Of a stretch of 64,000 nucleotides of DNA, positions 27,622 through 38,624 are shown piece after piece; the stretch's first letter is position 1; every line of letters starts with the position of its first letter. The stretch covers positions 10,587-74,586 of the forward strand of contig JBBQEJ010000003.1 in assembly GCA_038320555.1 (NCBI GenBank), written 5' to 3'. This DNA is from Vicinamibacterales bacterium. GTDB taxonomy: Bacteria; Acidobacteriota; Vicinamibacteria; Vicinamibacterales; 2-12-FULL-66-21. The notes under the pieces were generated by a model. The model was not told where the DNA came from. It searched no databases and saw only the letters and a program-made list of their open reading frames with translations. Position numbers and translations under genes: made by a program.

Positions 27622-29652
27622 CTACCGCCCGCCGCCGCGTCTGACGGCCCCCCCGGATGACGGTTGCCCGCCCGGCCGCGCGCGACCCTGATTCGGCGCG
27701 CTGCGATTGTCGGGTGCGGGCGCATTGCGGTCAGTTCCGGGGCTCGAGCGTTCGGGGGCCGCTGGACGCGCGCTTTCGGGTGGGGGCCCCGAGGGGCGAT
27801 CGTTTGCCGGAGCCCGGCGCTCGATGCCGCCAGAAGGGCGGGCCTCGGGTGCTGAGGGCCTGGCGGACTCCGGACCGTTCGGCGATGCGCCGCCGTAAGG
27901 ACGAGCCGATTCAGGTGCCCGCGGGATCGCGGTGCCGTACGGCCGATACTCCGGCCGCGGATTGGCGCCCGGCTCCGACCGATCCGGAATACGACGTCCG
28001 TAGTCACGATAGCCTGGCGCGGCACTGTCTTCCGCGCGGGGGGTTGCGGGAACACCGCGCTCGGCTCCGTAAGCTCGCTGCGAGGGAATGGGGACCCCGT
28101 ACGTCGAGTTTTCACGCGGCACAGCCCGGCGGCCGACAGCCGGATCGCGCTCGACATTTGACGACGGCGTGCCCGCGGCCGGGTTGCGTCGGCCCGGATC
28201 GCCTGCGTCGCGGGCGTTGCTGTCCATGGGGCTTCGGCGGGCGAGGCCAGGCTCGCGCGCGGCGCGCCCCGGCGTGCTCTCTACAACCGAGCTGCGAGGC
28301 TGTCCGACAATCACGCGCGGAGCGCCCGAGCCGACTCGAGATGCGCCCGGTTCGAGGTTCGTGTACACGGGGGAGATCGGCCGCCGTGACTGCTCCGTAC
28401 CCGCGACACGAATCGGGGCGCTGGAGCGCGGTACGGCGTATCCGCCGGAATCCGGCGCGGAGCTGCGTGTCACGAACGACTCCCGCGTCCGCACGTCGAA
28501 GGTGCGTCCGGCGACGTAATGCACGGTCACGTAGTCCACGCCGAAGTGACGCCGCGCCACCGCGGTCCACGCACGCCACGGATCGTAGCCGCGCCCGTAG
28601 CCCCCGTAGCCGTTGATGTTGCCGATCTGAAGTACCGGCCGATTGTTCCATCCTAGCGGACACCAGCTGACGTATCCCGGTGCGTACGCCCACGAGACCC
28701 ATGCGGGTCCCCAACTTCGGCCCGGAATCCAGAACCACGTGCCGGCCGATATGCCCCACCGGCCATAGTGATGCGTCGGCCACGCCCAGGGATCGACGCC
28801 GATCCACGTCCATCCATACGGCCGCAGCGTGGCCCAGCGGCCGTTGTAATACGGTCGCCAATCGACCGAGACCCGCGGATACCAGACGTAGCCGTACGCG
28901 GCTTCGTAGCCCCAGGCGCCGTACCGATCAAAAGACGGCGCGTACGGCCGCACTTCCTCGGGAAGATATTGCGCCGAGACCCCCAGGCGCTGATCGCGGC
29001 GCGCCTCCGACCAGCGATCGAAGCTGTCCCACGACGCCGAGTTGAAGACGTATGCGTAAGACGGCGCGGCATTCGCGCGCGCATACGCGCGTTCCCCGGC
29101 CCGGAGCGGCGTCCTGCCGTCGTCGTTGACGAGCTCCGCGGCGCCCCGAATGACGGCCAGCTCGATCTCCGCCTCGCGAGCGCCATGCAGCACCGCCAGG
29201 CGATACTCGCCGGGCTCAGTGATCAAGGCCGACGCCGAGGACGCATCGATGCGATACGACACGCGACGATTCGGGCCCGGTATCGAGAGCCGGATCCGTC
29301 CGTCGAGAAGCCGCACGAGCTCATCGGACTGAAAGTCCAGGGTGGTGTTCGCATCGACATGCAGCGCGCTGCCGTCGGCAAAAAGAATCTCGACGCGTCC
29401 GCCCTGCGTACGCATTCGATCTCCGGCAAGGAGCGGCATGTTGGCCGGGGCAGAATCCGGCTGGCCGTCACGTTCGAGAACGGCCGCGCCGTCTACAAAG
29501 GAGACGTGAGCGGGCGGATCGGCCGCAAGCGACTCGGGGTTGCCGGCCTCTGGTGGCTGGGCCAACGCGAAGGCCGAAGCGCCAATCCATAACAGCCCGG
29601 CAATGAACGCAATCGCTCGGACACGCGAGACGACACTCAGGAGGCGGGTCAT
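27622..29652 (-). CDS. Secreted FecR-like / DUF6600-type protein with a Trp/Tyr-rich repeat region and disordered tail
   Basis: Signal peptide; NMPLLAGDRMRT..GRVEI FecR-like domain; YGYVWYP..WRPY..G.W..PWAWPTHHYGRW..WGPAWV. Confidence 0.8.
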   Translation of the reverse strand: MTRLLSVVSRVRAIAFIAGLLWIGASAFALAQPPEAGNPESLAADPPAHVSFVDGAAVLERDGQPDSAPANMPLLAGDRMRTQGGRVEILFADGSALHVDANTTLDFQSDELVRLLDGRIRLSIPGPNRRVSYRIDASSASALITEPGEYRLAVLHGAREAEIELAVIRGAAELVNDDGRTPLRAGERAYARANAAPSYAYVFNSASWDSFDRWSEARRDQRLGVSAQYLPEEVRPYAPSFDRYGAWGYEAAYGYVWYPRVSVDWRPYYNGRWATLRPYGWTWIGVDPWAWPTHHYGRWGISAGTWFWIPGRSWGPAWVSWAYAPGYVSWCPLGWNNRPVLQIGNINGYGGYGRGYDPWRAWTAVARRHFGVDYVTVHYVAGRTFDVRTRESFVTRSSAPDSGGYAVPRSSAPIRVAGTEQSRRPISPVYTNLEPGASRVGSGAPRVIVGQPRSSVVESTPGRAAREPGLARRSPMDSNARDAGDPGRRNPAAGTPSSNVERDPAVGRRAVPRENSTYGVPIPSQRAYGAERGVPATPRAEDSAAPGYRDYGRRIPDRSEPGANPRPEYRPYGTAIPRAPESARPYGGASPNGPESARPSAPEARPSGGIERRAPANDRPSGPPPESARPAAPERSSPGTDRNAPAPDNRSAPNQGRARPGGQPSSGGAVRRGGGR

Positions 29653-29760
29653 ACAGACCTCGACGGGGAGCGGCGATCCCCTAAGCAGCGGTCACGATCC
29701 GCTGGAGCAGGCTGGCAACCGTCATTCTACCACGCACTTAGGCGAAGTCCAGCAGTACGG

Positions 29761-29790
29761 CTTGACTAATTAACGCTCACATTTTATATT
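29761..29790 (+). promoter_or_regulatory. Sigma-70 promoter of dnaK overlapped by a degenerate HAIR (HspR) operator
   Basis: TTGACT (29762) - 17 nt - TATATT (29785); CTTGACT-N7-GCTCACA compared with the HAIR consensus CTTGAGT-N7-ACTCAAG; hspR is in the same operon. Confidence 0.65.
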
Positions 29791-29847
29791 ACTAACGTTA
29801 TAAAGATTTGCCGCATAGCTGAGCGGCAGGACGTGAGGACAAACGGC

Positions 29848-31773
<1,926 letters not shown>

Positions 31774-31774
31774 T

Positions 31775-31908
31775 GTCTGGGTGCCAGGGGGTGCCAAGGG
31801 TGCCAGGGGTGCCAGGGGTGCCACGCGTGCCGGAGGTGCAGCGGTGCTAGTAGGGCCACTCGTGGCACGCAGGGCGCCCGTGGCACCCAAGGCACCGATG
31901 GCACTCTG
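31775..31908. repeat. Nonamer tandem array (GGTGCCAGG) plus an inverted array between dnaK and dnaJ
   Basis: gtgccagggg gtgccaaggg tgccaggggt gcc ... tggcacgc..tggcaccc aaggcacc gatggcact. Confidence 0.88.
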
Positions 31909-31910
31909 AT

Positions 31911-32996
31911 ATGGACTTTTACGTCATCCTCGGACTCGAGCCGGGCGCAAGCCCGGCCGAGATCAAGCGGGCGTATACGCGGCTGTCCCGGCGGTACCAT
32001 CCCGGGGTCAACCCGGGTGACCGCCAGGCAGAAGCGGTGTTCGACCGGATCACCGAAGCGTACCAGACGCTGAGCGATCCGGATCGCCGGCGGCAATACG
32101 ATGCCGCGGGCGGATCGCCCAACCCGCGTCCACAAGCGGGCGCGTTCGAGTTCGCGGGATTTGATTTTTCGTTCGCCGCGCGCGGCACCGAAGCCGCGAC
32201 ATTCAGCGAACTGTTTGCGGATGTGCTCCACCCGCCCGTCAAGGATGATGGGCAGGCCGAGCCGGGGGCGGATCTCTTCGGCTCACTGACGGTGACGTTC
32301 GAGGAATCGCTCCGCGGCGTCGATCGCCAGGTCGTCGTGACCCGCCAGGTGCTCTGCGGGGCGTGCGCGGGGGCTGGACGGATTCGCACGCCGGAAGGCC
32401 GTTGTCCGCATTGCCTCGCGACCGGCCGGGTGCAGTGGGCGCGCGGGCACATGGTGTTCGCGAAATCGTGCGCGGCGTGCGCGGGCACGGGCCGCCAGCG
32501 TTTTCAGCGCTGCGAGGTCTGCGGCGCGCAAGGCCGTCTCGTTCGCAGCGAGCCGGTGCCGGTGCGCGTGCCGGCCGGCGTGTCGGGCGGCACACAGTTG
32601 CGATTGCCGGAACGTGGACACGCGGGGACGCGCGGTGGACCGAACGGCGACTTATATGTGGACGTCCACGTGGAGGCGCACCCGCTCCTGCGCCGGGAGG
32701 GGGATGACCTTTTCATCGTCGTACCGGTGGCAGTGCATGAAGCCGTGCTCGGCGCGCGGATCGACGTGCCCACGCTCGACGGACGCATCAACGTGAAGAT
32801 TCCGCCGGGTACACAGGCCGGGCAGCGATTGAAGGTGAGCGGTCGCGGCGCGCCGACGCCGTCGGGATTGCGCGGCGATCTGATCGTCGAAGTCAAGCTG
32901 GTGCTCCCGGCGGTGTCCGATGAGCGATCGAAGGAGCTGATGCGCGAGTTCGGCCGGCTGAACGATGAAAACGTGAGAAGAGACTTACACGTATGA
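31911..32996 (+). CDS. dnaJ: DnaJ-family co-chaperone (J domain with HPG instead of HPD, 4 CxxC zinc-finger motifs, C-terminal domain)
   Basis: DFYVILG..IKRAY..YHPG; CGAC/CPHC/CAAC/CEVC; GDLYV. Confidence 0.88.
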   Translation: MDFYVILGLEPGASPAEIKRAYTRLSRRYHPGVNPGDRQAEAVFDRITEAYQTLSDPDRRRQYDAAGGSPNPRPQAGAFEFAGFDFSFAARGTEAATFSELFADVLHPPVKDDGQAEPGADLFGSLTVTFEESLRGVDRQVVVTRQVLCGACAGAGRIRTPEGRCPHCLATGRVQWARGHMVFAKSCAACAGTGRQRFQRCEVCGAQGRLVRSEPVPVRVPAGVSGGTQLRLPERGHAGTRGGPNGDLYVDVHVEAHPLLRREGDDLFIVVPVAVHEAVLGARIDVPTLDGRINVKIPPGTQAGQRLKVSGRGAPTPSGLRGDLIVEVKLVLPAVSDERSKELMREFGRLNDENVRRDLHV

Positions 32997-33445
32997 CCGC
33001 CAAACGGTCGGGCAAGGCGTACTACATGATCAGCGCGGTGGCGCAGAAGTACAACATCCACCCGCAGACGCTGCGCCTGTACGAACGCGAAGGCCTGTTG
33101 AAGCCGTCGCGCACGGAAGGGAATACGCGGCTCTATTCGGAAGATGATCTCGAGCAGCTCGAGACCATCCTGTCGTTGACCCGCGATCTCGGCGTCAATC
33201 TCGCGGGCGTCGAAATCATCCTGAACATGCGTCGCAAGATCGAGGCGATGCAGCACGAAGTCAACGAGTTCATCGACTACGTGAAGCACGAGGTCTCGCG
33301 CGGCATCGGCGACTGGGAGCAGCGGTTGAGCACCGCGCTCGTGAAGTCGTCGCCGACCGACCTCGTCCGCGCCGCAGCCGCTTCGGCCCATACCGAAACC
33401 ACCGTCGAGCCTGAACAGGTCGAAGAGCCTCGCCGAAAGGCATGA
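32993..33445 (+). CDS. hspR: MerR-family heat-shock repressor HspR
   Basis: YMISAVA..IHPQTLRLYEREGLLKPSRTEGNTRLYS..LGVNLAGVEIIL; downstream of dnaK-dnaJ. Confidence 0.9.
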   Translation: MTAKRSGKAYYMISAVAQKYNIHPQTLRLYEREGLLKPSRTEGNTRLYSEDDLEQLETILSLTRDLGVNLAGVEIILNMRRKIEAMQHEVNEFIDYVKHEVSRGIGDWEQRLSTALVKSSPTDLVRAAAASAHTETTVEPEQVEEPRRKA

Positions 33446-33542
33446 CGCGCCTCACAGCGCCTTTCTTCTTCGTATCCGAGCCGCGGCTATCGCCGTGATC
33501 GCCTGATTGCCAACCCGGGCGGGTTGCGCGGATGATATTCGT

Positions 33543-34176
33543 ATGGCGCACGCCCCTTCGGACGACACCGATGCAATCTCGGGCTGATCGAGGCCGGCCG
33601 GCGGTTCGATCCCGATCGGAACGTGAAGTTCATCCCCTACGCCGTGTGGTGGATTCGCCAGGCCATCACCCACGCGCTCTCGGGCCAGACTCGGGCATTC
33701 ACCCTCCCGCAAAAACTGTCGGCAGTGGCCTCGCGTTTTCGGGCGTGAGGTCTCGGAATTGGCCGAGGAGCTTCGCCGTAGCCCGACGCATCGTGAAATC
33801 GCCGACGATCTCGATCTGTCCGAAGGGGAGGTCGAAGCACTGATCCGAATCGGCGACCGCGACGTGTCCCTGAGCGATGGACCGGAGCTTGGAGAAAATG
33901 CTCCGGCAGGTGAGCGTGCCGCCTGCCGAAGAGGAGCTGATTCATCGGCGGCTGCACGCGGGCGTGCGCGGCGCGCTCGGCGAGCTGGACGAGAAGGAGC
34001 GGGAAGTGATCGAACTGCGGTTCGGCCTCGATCGCGACGGCGACCCTCGCACCCTGCAAGAGGTGGGCGACACGCTCGGCCTGTCGCGCGAACGCATCAG
34101 ACAGATCGAGTCTCGTGCCAAAGAAAAACTGCGGCGCTCGAAGCGCGCGGGTGAACTGCGCAGCTATCTGAATTGA
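33543..34176 (+). pseudogene. RpoD/RpoS-type sigma-70 factor pseudogene (internal deletion plus two frameshifts)
   Basis: Three frames: [31 protein letters not shown] (region 2), ELRRSPTHREIADDL (region 3), RTLQEVGDTLGLSRERIRQIE (region 4). Shifts at TTTT 33736-33739 and AAAA 33895-33898; regions 1.2 and 2.1 are missing. Confidence 0.85.
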
Positions 34177-34240
34177 CGATTGCGGATTCGAATCAACCGT
34201 CTTACAATCACGATTCACGTTCGTCAGATTTCCCATCCAC

Positions 34241-35095
34241 ATGGCCTGTCCGCTTTGCGACGATACCGGCTGGAAGGCCGTTGAGGCCGATGGCGTCCGC
34301 CGCGTTGTCCGATGCGATTGCTGGCGTCAAGGGCTTTCGACGCGTCTGTTGGACGACGCGCGAATCCCGCCGCGCTACAAGCGGTGCGATCTCGAAACCT
34401 TCGTGACGTATCCGAACGAAAAGCTGCTGGGCGCGGTGAAGCAGGCCCGCAAGTTCGCCGAAGAGTTTCCCGAGCCTCGCAAGAGTCTCTGCCTGATCGG
34501 TCCTCCCGGCATAGGCAAGACGCATCTCGCGGTGGCGGTGCTGCGTGACGTGATCGTCACGAAAGGGGCGCGCGGACTCTTCTACGATGTGCGCGATCTG
34601 CTGCGAGTCATCCGGAGCACGTACAACCCGCTCGTTCGCACGGCAGAGATGGACATCCTGCGGCCGGTGATGGAAGCGGACCTCCTCGTGCTCGACGACA
34701 TCGGCTCGGAGAAGACGTCGGAGTGGGTCGAGGAAACCATGAACCTGATCGTGAATACGCGCTACAACGAGCGGCGCCACACGATCTTCACGTCGAACTA
34801 TGAGGACACGCCAGAGGGGGACTCCGAGGGCCAGGAATTCACGCTCAAGGAGCGCATCGGCTTTCGCATTCATTCCCGGCTGCACGAGATGTGTGAATTC
34901 CTCGAGTTCGACGGGGCCGACTTCCGTCACGCGCCGCCCAACGCGGGAGGAGACGACCTCCTTACGATGTGGAAGGCGAAAACACCCGGCCGTCGCACGC
35001 TCCCGACGCGCTCGAAGGGTCCGGTCCGCGCACAATTAAGACCCGAATCCAGGGGGAAGGACCTCGGGTGGACCGGCGGGAAAGCCGGGACGTAA
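34241..35095 (+). CDS. DnaC/DnaI/IstB-family AAA+ ATPase with an N-terminal Cys cluster
   Basis: CPLC..CDC, IPPRY, GPPGIGKTHLA, LLVLDDIG, IFTSN, RIHSRL. Confidence 0.88.
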   Translation: MACPLCDDTGWKAVEADGVRRVVRCDCWRQGLSTRLLDDARIPPRYKRCDLETFVTYPNEKLLGAVKQARKFAEEFPEPRKSLCLIGPPGIGKTHLAVAVLRDVIVTKGARGLFYDVRDLLRVIRSTYNPLVRTAEMDILRPVMEADLLVLDDIGSEKTSEWVEETMNLIVNTRYNERRHTIFTSNYEDTPEGDSEGQEFTLKERIGFRIHSRLHEMCEFLEFDGADFRHAPPNAGGDDLLTMWKAKTPGRRTLPTRSKGPVRAQLRPESRGKDLGWTGGKAGT

Positions 35096-35123
35096 TTCGG
35101 GGTCTTTCGGTGTGTGACGCACA

Positions 35124-36242
35124 ATGCTGGGTCTTTACCTTCACATTCCGTTCTGTTCCGCCATCTGCAACTACTGCAATTTCAACCGCGGACTCTTCGA
35201 GCCCGGGCTCAAGGATCGGTACGTCGCGGCGCTCGAGCGGGAAATCACGGCTTCAGGTCGAGGCGAGCCGGTTGATACGATCTTTTTCGGGGGCGGCACG
35301 CCGTCCCTTCTTGACCCCGCCGAGATCGCGCGGCTGATCGCGGCAACGCGCGCGGCCTTTGGCGTGGCGCCTGACGCGGAAATCACGCTCGAGACCAACC
35401 CCGAAACCTCAACGTCAGAACGGATGAGCGGGTTTCGGGAAGCGAGTGTGAATCGCATCAGTTTCGGCGTGCAATCGTTCAGGGACCAGGAGTTGAAAAG
35501 GCTCGGACGCATTCATTCCGCCGATCGGGCACGGGCCGCCGTACACGAGGCGCGCAAGGCCGGCTTCGACAACGTCTCGCTCGATCTGATGATGTGGCTG
35601 CCGCAGCAGAGTGCGGCGGACTGGCGCGAGAGCGTCCACGGGTTGATTGAGGTGGCGCCCGAACACGCGTCGCTGTACCTGCTCGAGCTCTATCCGAACG
35701 CGCCGCTGAAGGAAGACATGGCGCGCGCCGGCTGGTCCCTCGCGCCCGACGACGATGCCGCAGAGATGTACTTGTGGAGCCTGTCGCGCCTGGACGACGC
35801 AGGGTACGAGCAGTACGAGATTTCGAACGTGTCGAGGCCGGGGCGGCCGTCCCGGCACAATCTGAAATACTGGAAGGACGGCGAGTGGATCGGGTTCGGC
35901 TGCGGCGCACATTCGACGCGGAATGGCGCGCGGTGGAAGAACGTCGCGTCCACTGAGGAGTACATTAGTCGCCTCCACGCCGGACACTCAGTCGTCGCCG
36001 AACGCCGGGAGCTGACGCGCGAGGCACAGCTCGAGGAGGCGTTGTTTACGGGCCTGCGACTGTCAGAGGGACTGGACCTGGACACCGTTGGACAACAATA
36101 CGGCATTGATGCGTGGGACCGGTACGCGGACGCCCTGCACCCTGCGATCGAGGCCGGGTTGGCCATCCGCGACGGCCCCCGGTTACGGCTGTCGCGCGAC
36201 GGCATGCTTCTGGCTAATGAAATCCTGTCGGTGTTCGTATAG
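35124..36242 (+). CDS. hemW: Radical SAM heme chaperone HemW (HemN-like)
   Basis: LYLHIPFCSAICNYCNF, FGGGTPS, YEISN, HNLKYW. Confidence 0.93.
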   Translation: MLGLYLHIPFCSAICNYCNFNRGLFEPGLKDRYVAALEREITASGRGEPVDTIFFGGGTPSLLDPAEIARLIAATRAAFGVAPDAEITLETNPETSTSERMSGFREASVNRISFGVQSFRDQELKRLGRIHSADRARAAVHEARKAGFDNVSLDLMMWLPQQSAADWRESVHGLIEVAPEHASLYLLELYPNAPLKEDMARAGWSLAPDDDAAEMYLWSLSRLDDAGYEQYEISNVSRPGRPSRHNLKYWKDGEWIGFGCGAHSTRNGARWKNVASTEEYISRLHAGHSVVAERRELTREAQLEEALFTGLRLSEGLDLDTVGQQYGIDAWDRYADALHPAIEAGLAIRDGPRLRLSRDGMLLANEILSVFV

Positions 36243-36338
36243 AACGAGATCTGCCGCCGCAGTCTAGGCAGGTTGGCGCGGTGTACGGTAGAGTGTCGTC
36301 TCCGTTTCACTTCGCTGTTCGATCAAGGAGGAGATTGA

Positions 36339-36860
36339 ATGCGTCGCCCCTTCGTTATTTCGAGTTTTGCTCTGGCAATGGCGTTGGCTCCCGCCGTGCT
36401 GTTTGCACAGGCGCCCGCTCCCACGCAGCCGCCGGCTGGCCAGACGCCTCCCGCCCAGGCGCCAGCCCAGCCCGCAGCTCCGGCTGCGCCAAAACTGGCG
36501 TTGACGAGCCCTGCCGGCGCGTTGCTGGTTCCGATAAAGCCGGGTGAGACCGCGGTCTTCGAGGAATTCGTGGCGAAGCTGAAGGCAGGGCTGGCGAAAA
36601 CGTCGGACGCGACGCTGAAGCAGCAGGCCGCCGGCTTCAAGATCTACAAGGCAGCCGAGCCCTTCGGCCCCAACGCGCTTTACGTCGTGACGATTGAGCC
36701 GGTCGTGCCGAGTGCCGATTACGAGCTCTTCGACATGCTGCGGCGGACCATGACGCCCGAAGAGCTGCGCGCACCGGAGGCCGCTGACATGTGGAAGCGT
36801 TACGCCAACGCGTTCGCCTCGGGCCCGAGCCGGTTGAGCCTGACGCCCATCGGACAGTAG
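36339..36860 (+). CDS. Secreted hypothetical protein
   Basis: AAGGAGGAG RBS, signal peptide, Pro/Ala-rich linker, globular domain. Confidence 0.8.
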   Translation: MRRPFVISSFALAMALAPAVLFAQAPAPTQPPAGQTPPAQAPAQPAAPAAPKLALTSPAGALLVPIKPGETAVFEEFVAKLKAGLAKTSDATLKQQAAGFKIYKAAEPFGPNALYVVTIEPVVPSADYELFDMLRRTMTPEELRAPEAADMWKRYANAFASGPSRLSLTPIGQ

Positions 36861-36870
36861 GCTCGGTTCC

Positions 36871-36923
36871 CTGACAAGGGACACGGCAAAAGGGAACAGT
36901 CCCTTTTGCCTGTCCCTTGTCAG
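36871..36923. terminator. Hairpin between convergent genes (probable bidirectional terminator)
   Basis: CTGACAAGGGACA-C-GGCAAAAGGGA-acag-TCCCTTTTGCC-TGTCCCTTGTCAG. Confidence 0.75.
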
Positions 36924-37402
36924 AACCTCAGATTAATCCCCGCGTAGAAGCGCTGCGGCTTTGAGTGGAGCGGGGTGCCTCGCAACGTGAAGACGCGGTA
37001 GTCGAACCGGAGTCGAAGCGGTCCGACGAGCGACATCTTCACCCCGCCTCCGACGTTGATGCCGACGTTGGTCTCCGACGCGACGTCAAGCGTCTCGCGA
37101 AAGATCCCCCCGCCCGCGGTACCGTAGAACTGCAATCCGCCGATTGGAATGGGTGTCTGCACCAGCCCGTTGAACATGAACGTCCGCAAGCTGGGCGCCG
37201 CGTTGCTGAGGTCTTGGTTCGTGTGCGCGTACTCGAATTCGAACCCGGCGACCAGAAGCCCCATCCCGGCCGCGAATCCCTTCACCACGCGCGCCGAGGG
37301 AGTCGGCGTCGCGCCGAGGAAGGCCGTGACGTCCGCTGAGGCCGCCGACGGCAGGAAAAGCGAGATGGTAAAAGGGACGAGGAAAAAGAAACGGAGACGC
37401 AT
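36920..37402 (-). CDS. Small outer-membrane beta-barrel protein (OmpA/porin-like)
   Basis: Signal peptide from ATG 37402; alternating beta strands; C-terminal YAGINLRF (terminal Phe, BAM signal). Confidence 0.85.
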   Translation of the reverse strand: MRLRFFFLVPFTISLFLPSAASADVTAFLGATPTPSARVVKGFAAGMGLLVAGFEFEYAHTNQDLSNAAPSLRTFMFNGLVQTPIPIGGLQFYGTAGGGIFRETLDVASETNVGINVGGGVKMSLVGPLRLRFDYRVFTLRGTPLHSKPQRFYAGINLRF

Positions 37403-37420
37403 GTCATCAGCATAGCGCGT

Positions 37421-37464
37421 TCCTTGCTCCCTTTCCCTTTTCCCTTTTCCCTTTTCCCTTTTCT
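37421..37464. repeat. Heptamer tandem array (TCCCTTT)n
   Basis: tccctt tcccttt tcccttt tcccttt tcccttt. Confidence 0.85.
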
Positions 37465-37481
37465 CGGTACAGTCCGTCGTG

Positions 37482-38624
37482 ATGGACTTTCGGCTAACCG
37501 ACGAGCAGGAAATGCTCCGCCGCAGCGTGCGCGAGTTCGCGGAAGCGGAAATCCGCCCGCACGTGATGGAGTGGGACGAGTCGCAGCACTTTCCGATGGA
37601 TCTCCTGCCGAAGCTCGCCGCGCTGGGCCTGACGGGCATCCAGTTTCCTGAGCAATACGGCGGCGCGGGGATGTCGTCGGTTGATTACTGCATCTGCATC
37701 GAAGAGCTGGCGCGCGTGTGCCCAGCCGTCGCGCTGTCGGTTGCCGCACACAACGGCCTCTGCACCTCGCACATCGCGATGTTCGGCAGCGACGCGCAGA
37801 AATCGCAGTTCCTCCCGCGGCTGGTCGGCGGTGAGGTCCTCGGGGCCTGGGGCCTGACCGAGGCGAGCGCCGGCAGCGACGCGGCCGCCATGCGAACGAC
37901 CGCGGTGCGGCAGGGGGAATGCTGGGTCCTCAACGGATCGAAGACCTTTATTACCCACGGCCGCATCGGCGGCGTCATGGTTGTCGTGGCGATCACCGAT
38001 CGAACCAAAGGGCATCGGGGCATCTCGGCGTTCATTGTCGAGCACGGCACCCGCGGCATGAGCGCGGGGAAGAAAGAAAACAAGCTCGGCATGCGTGCGA
38101 GTGACACGAGCGAAGTCATCTTTCAGGAGTGCCGCGTGCCGGCCGCGCATCTGCTTGGCGAGGAAGGCCAGGGGTTCATCAATACGCTGCAGGTCCTCGA
38201 CGCGGGACGCATCGGGATCGCAGCCCTCTCGGTCGGCCTTGCTCAGGGGGCGTTCGAGGCGGCGCGCGCGTACGCCAAGGAAAGACGGCAATTCGGACAG
38301 CCGATTGCCGGGTTTCAGGCGATCCAGTGGAAGCTTGCCGACAACGCCACGCGGATCGAAGCCGCGCGCCTTCTGACCTATCGTGCCGCCTACCTCAAGG
38401 ACCGCGGCGCGCGAACGACCCGCGAGTCGTCGATGGCCAAGCTCTTCGCCAGCGAGATCGCCGTCAAGGCCGCCGACGACTGCGTGCAGATCCACGGGGG
38501 CTACGGATTCGTGAAGGACTATCCGGCCGAGAAATACTTTCGCGACGTGAAGCTCGTCACCATCGGCGAAGGCACCAGCGAAATCCAGCGCCTCGTCATC
38601 GCGCGCCAGCTGCTCGGACAGTGA
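37482..38624 (+). CDS. Acyl-CoA dehydrogenase (short/branched-chain type)
   Basis: [50 protein letters not shown]. Confidence 0.95.
   Translation: MDFRLTDEQEMLRRSVREFAEAEIRPHVMEWDESQHFPMDLLPKLAALGLTGIQFPEQYGGAGMSSVDYCICIEELARVCPAVALSVAAHNGLCTSHIAMFGSDAQKSQFLPRLVGGEVLGAWGLTEASAGSDAAAMRTTAVRQGECWVLNGSKTFITHGRIGGVMVVVAITDRTKGHRGISAFIVEHGTRGMSAGKKENKLGMRASDTSEVIFQECRVPAAHLLGEEGQGFINTLQVLDAGRIGIAALSVGLAQGAFEAARAYAKERRQFGQPIAGFQAIQWKLADNATRIEAARLLTYRAAYLKDRGARTTRESSMAKLFASEIAVKAADDCVQIHGGYGFVKDYPAEKYFRDVKLVTIGEGTSEIQRLVIARQLLGQ

Noticed and set aside
34241-35095. IS21 element or prophage suggested by the IstB/DnaC-like ATPase
   Set aside because: No IstA transposase, terminal repeats, integrase or phage genes; flanked by housekeeping genes.
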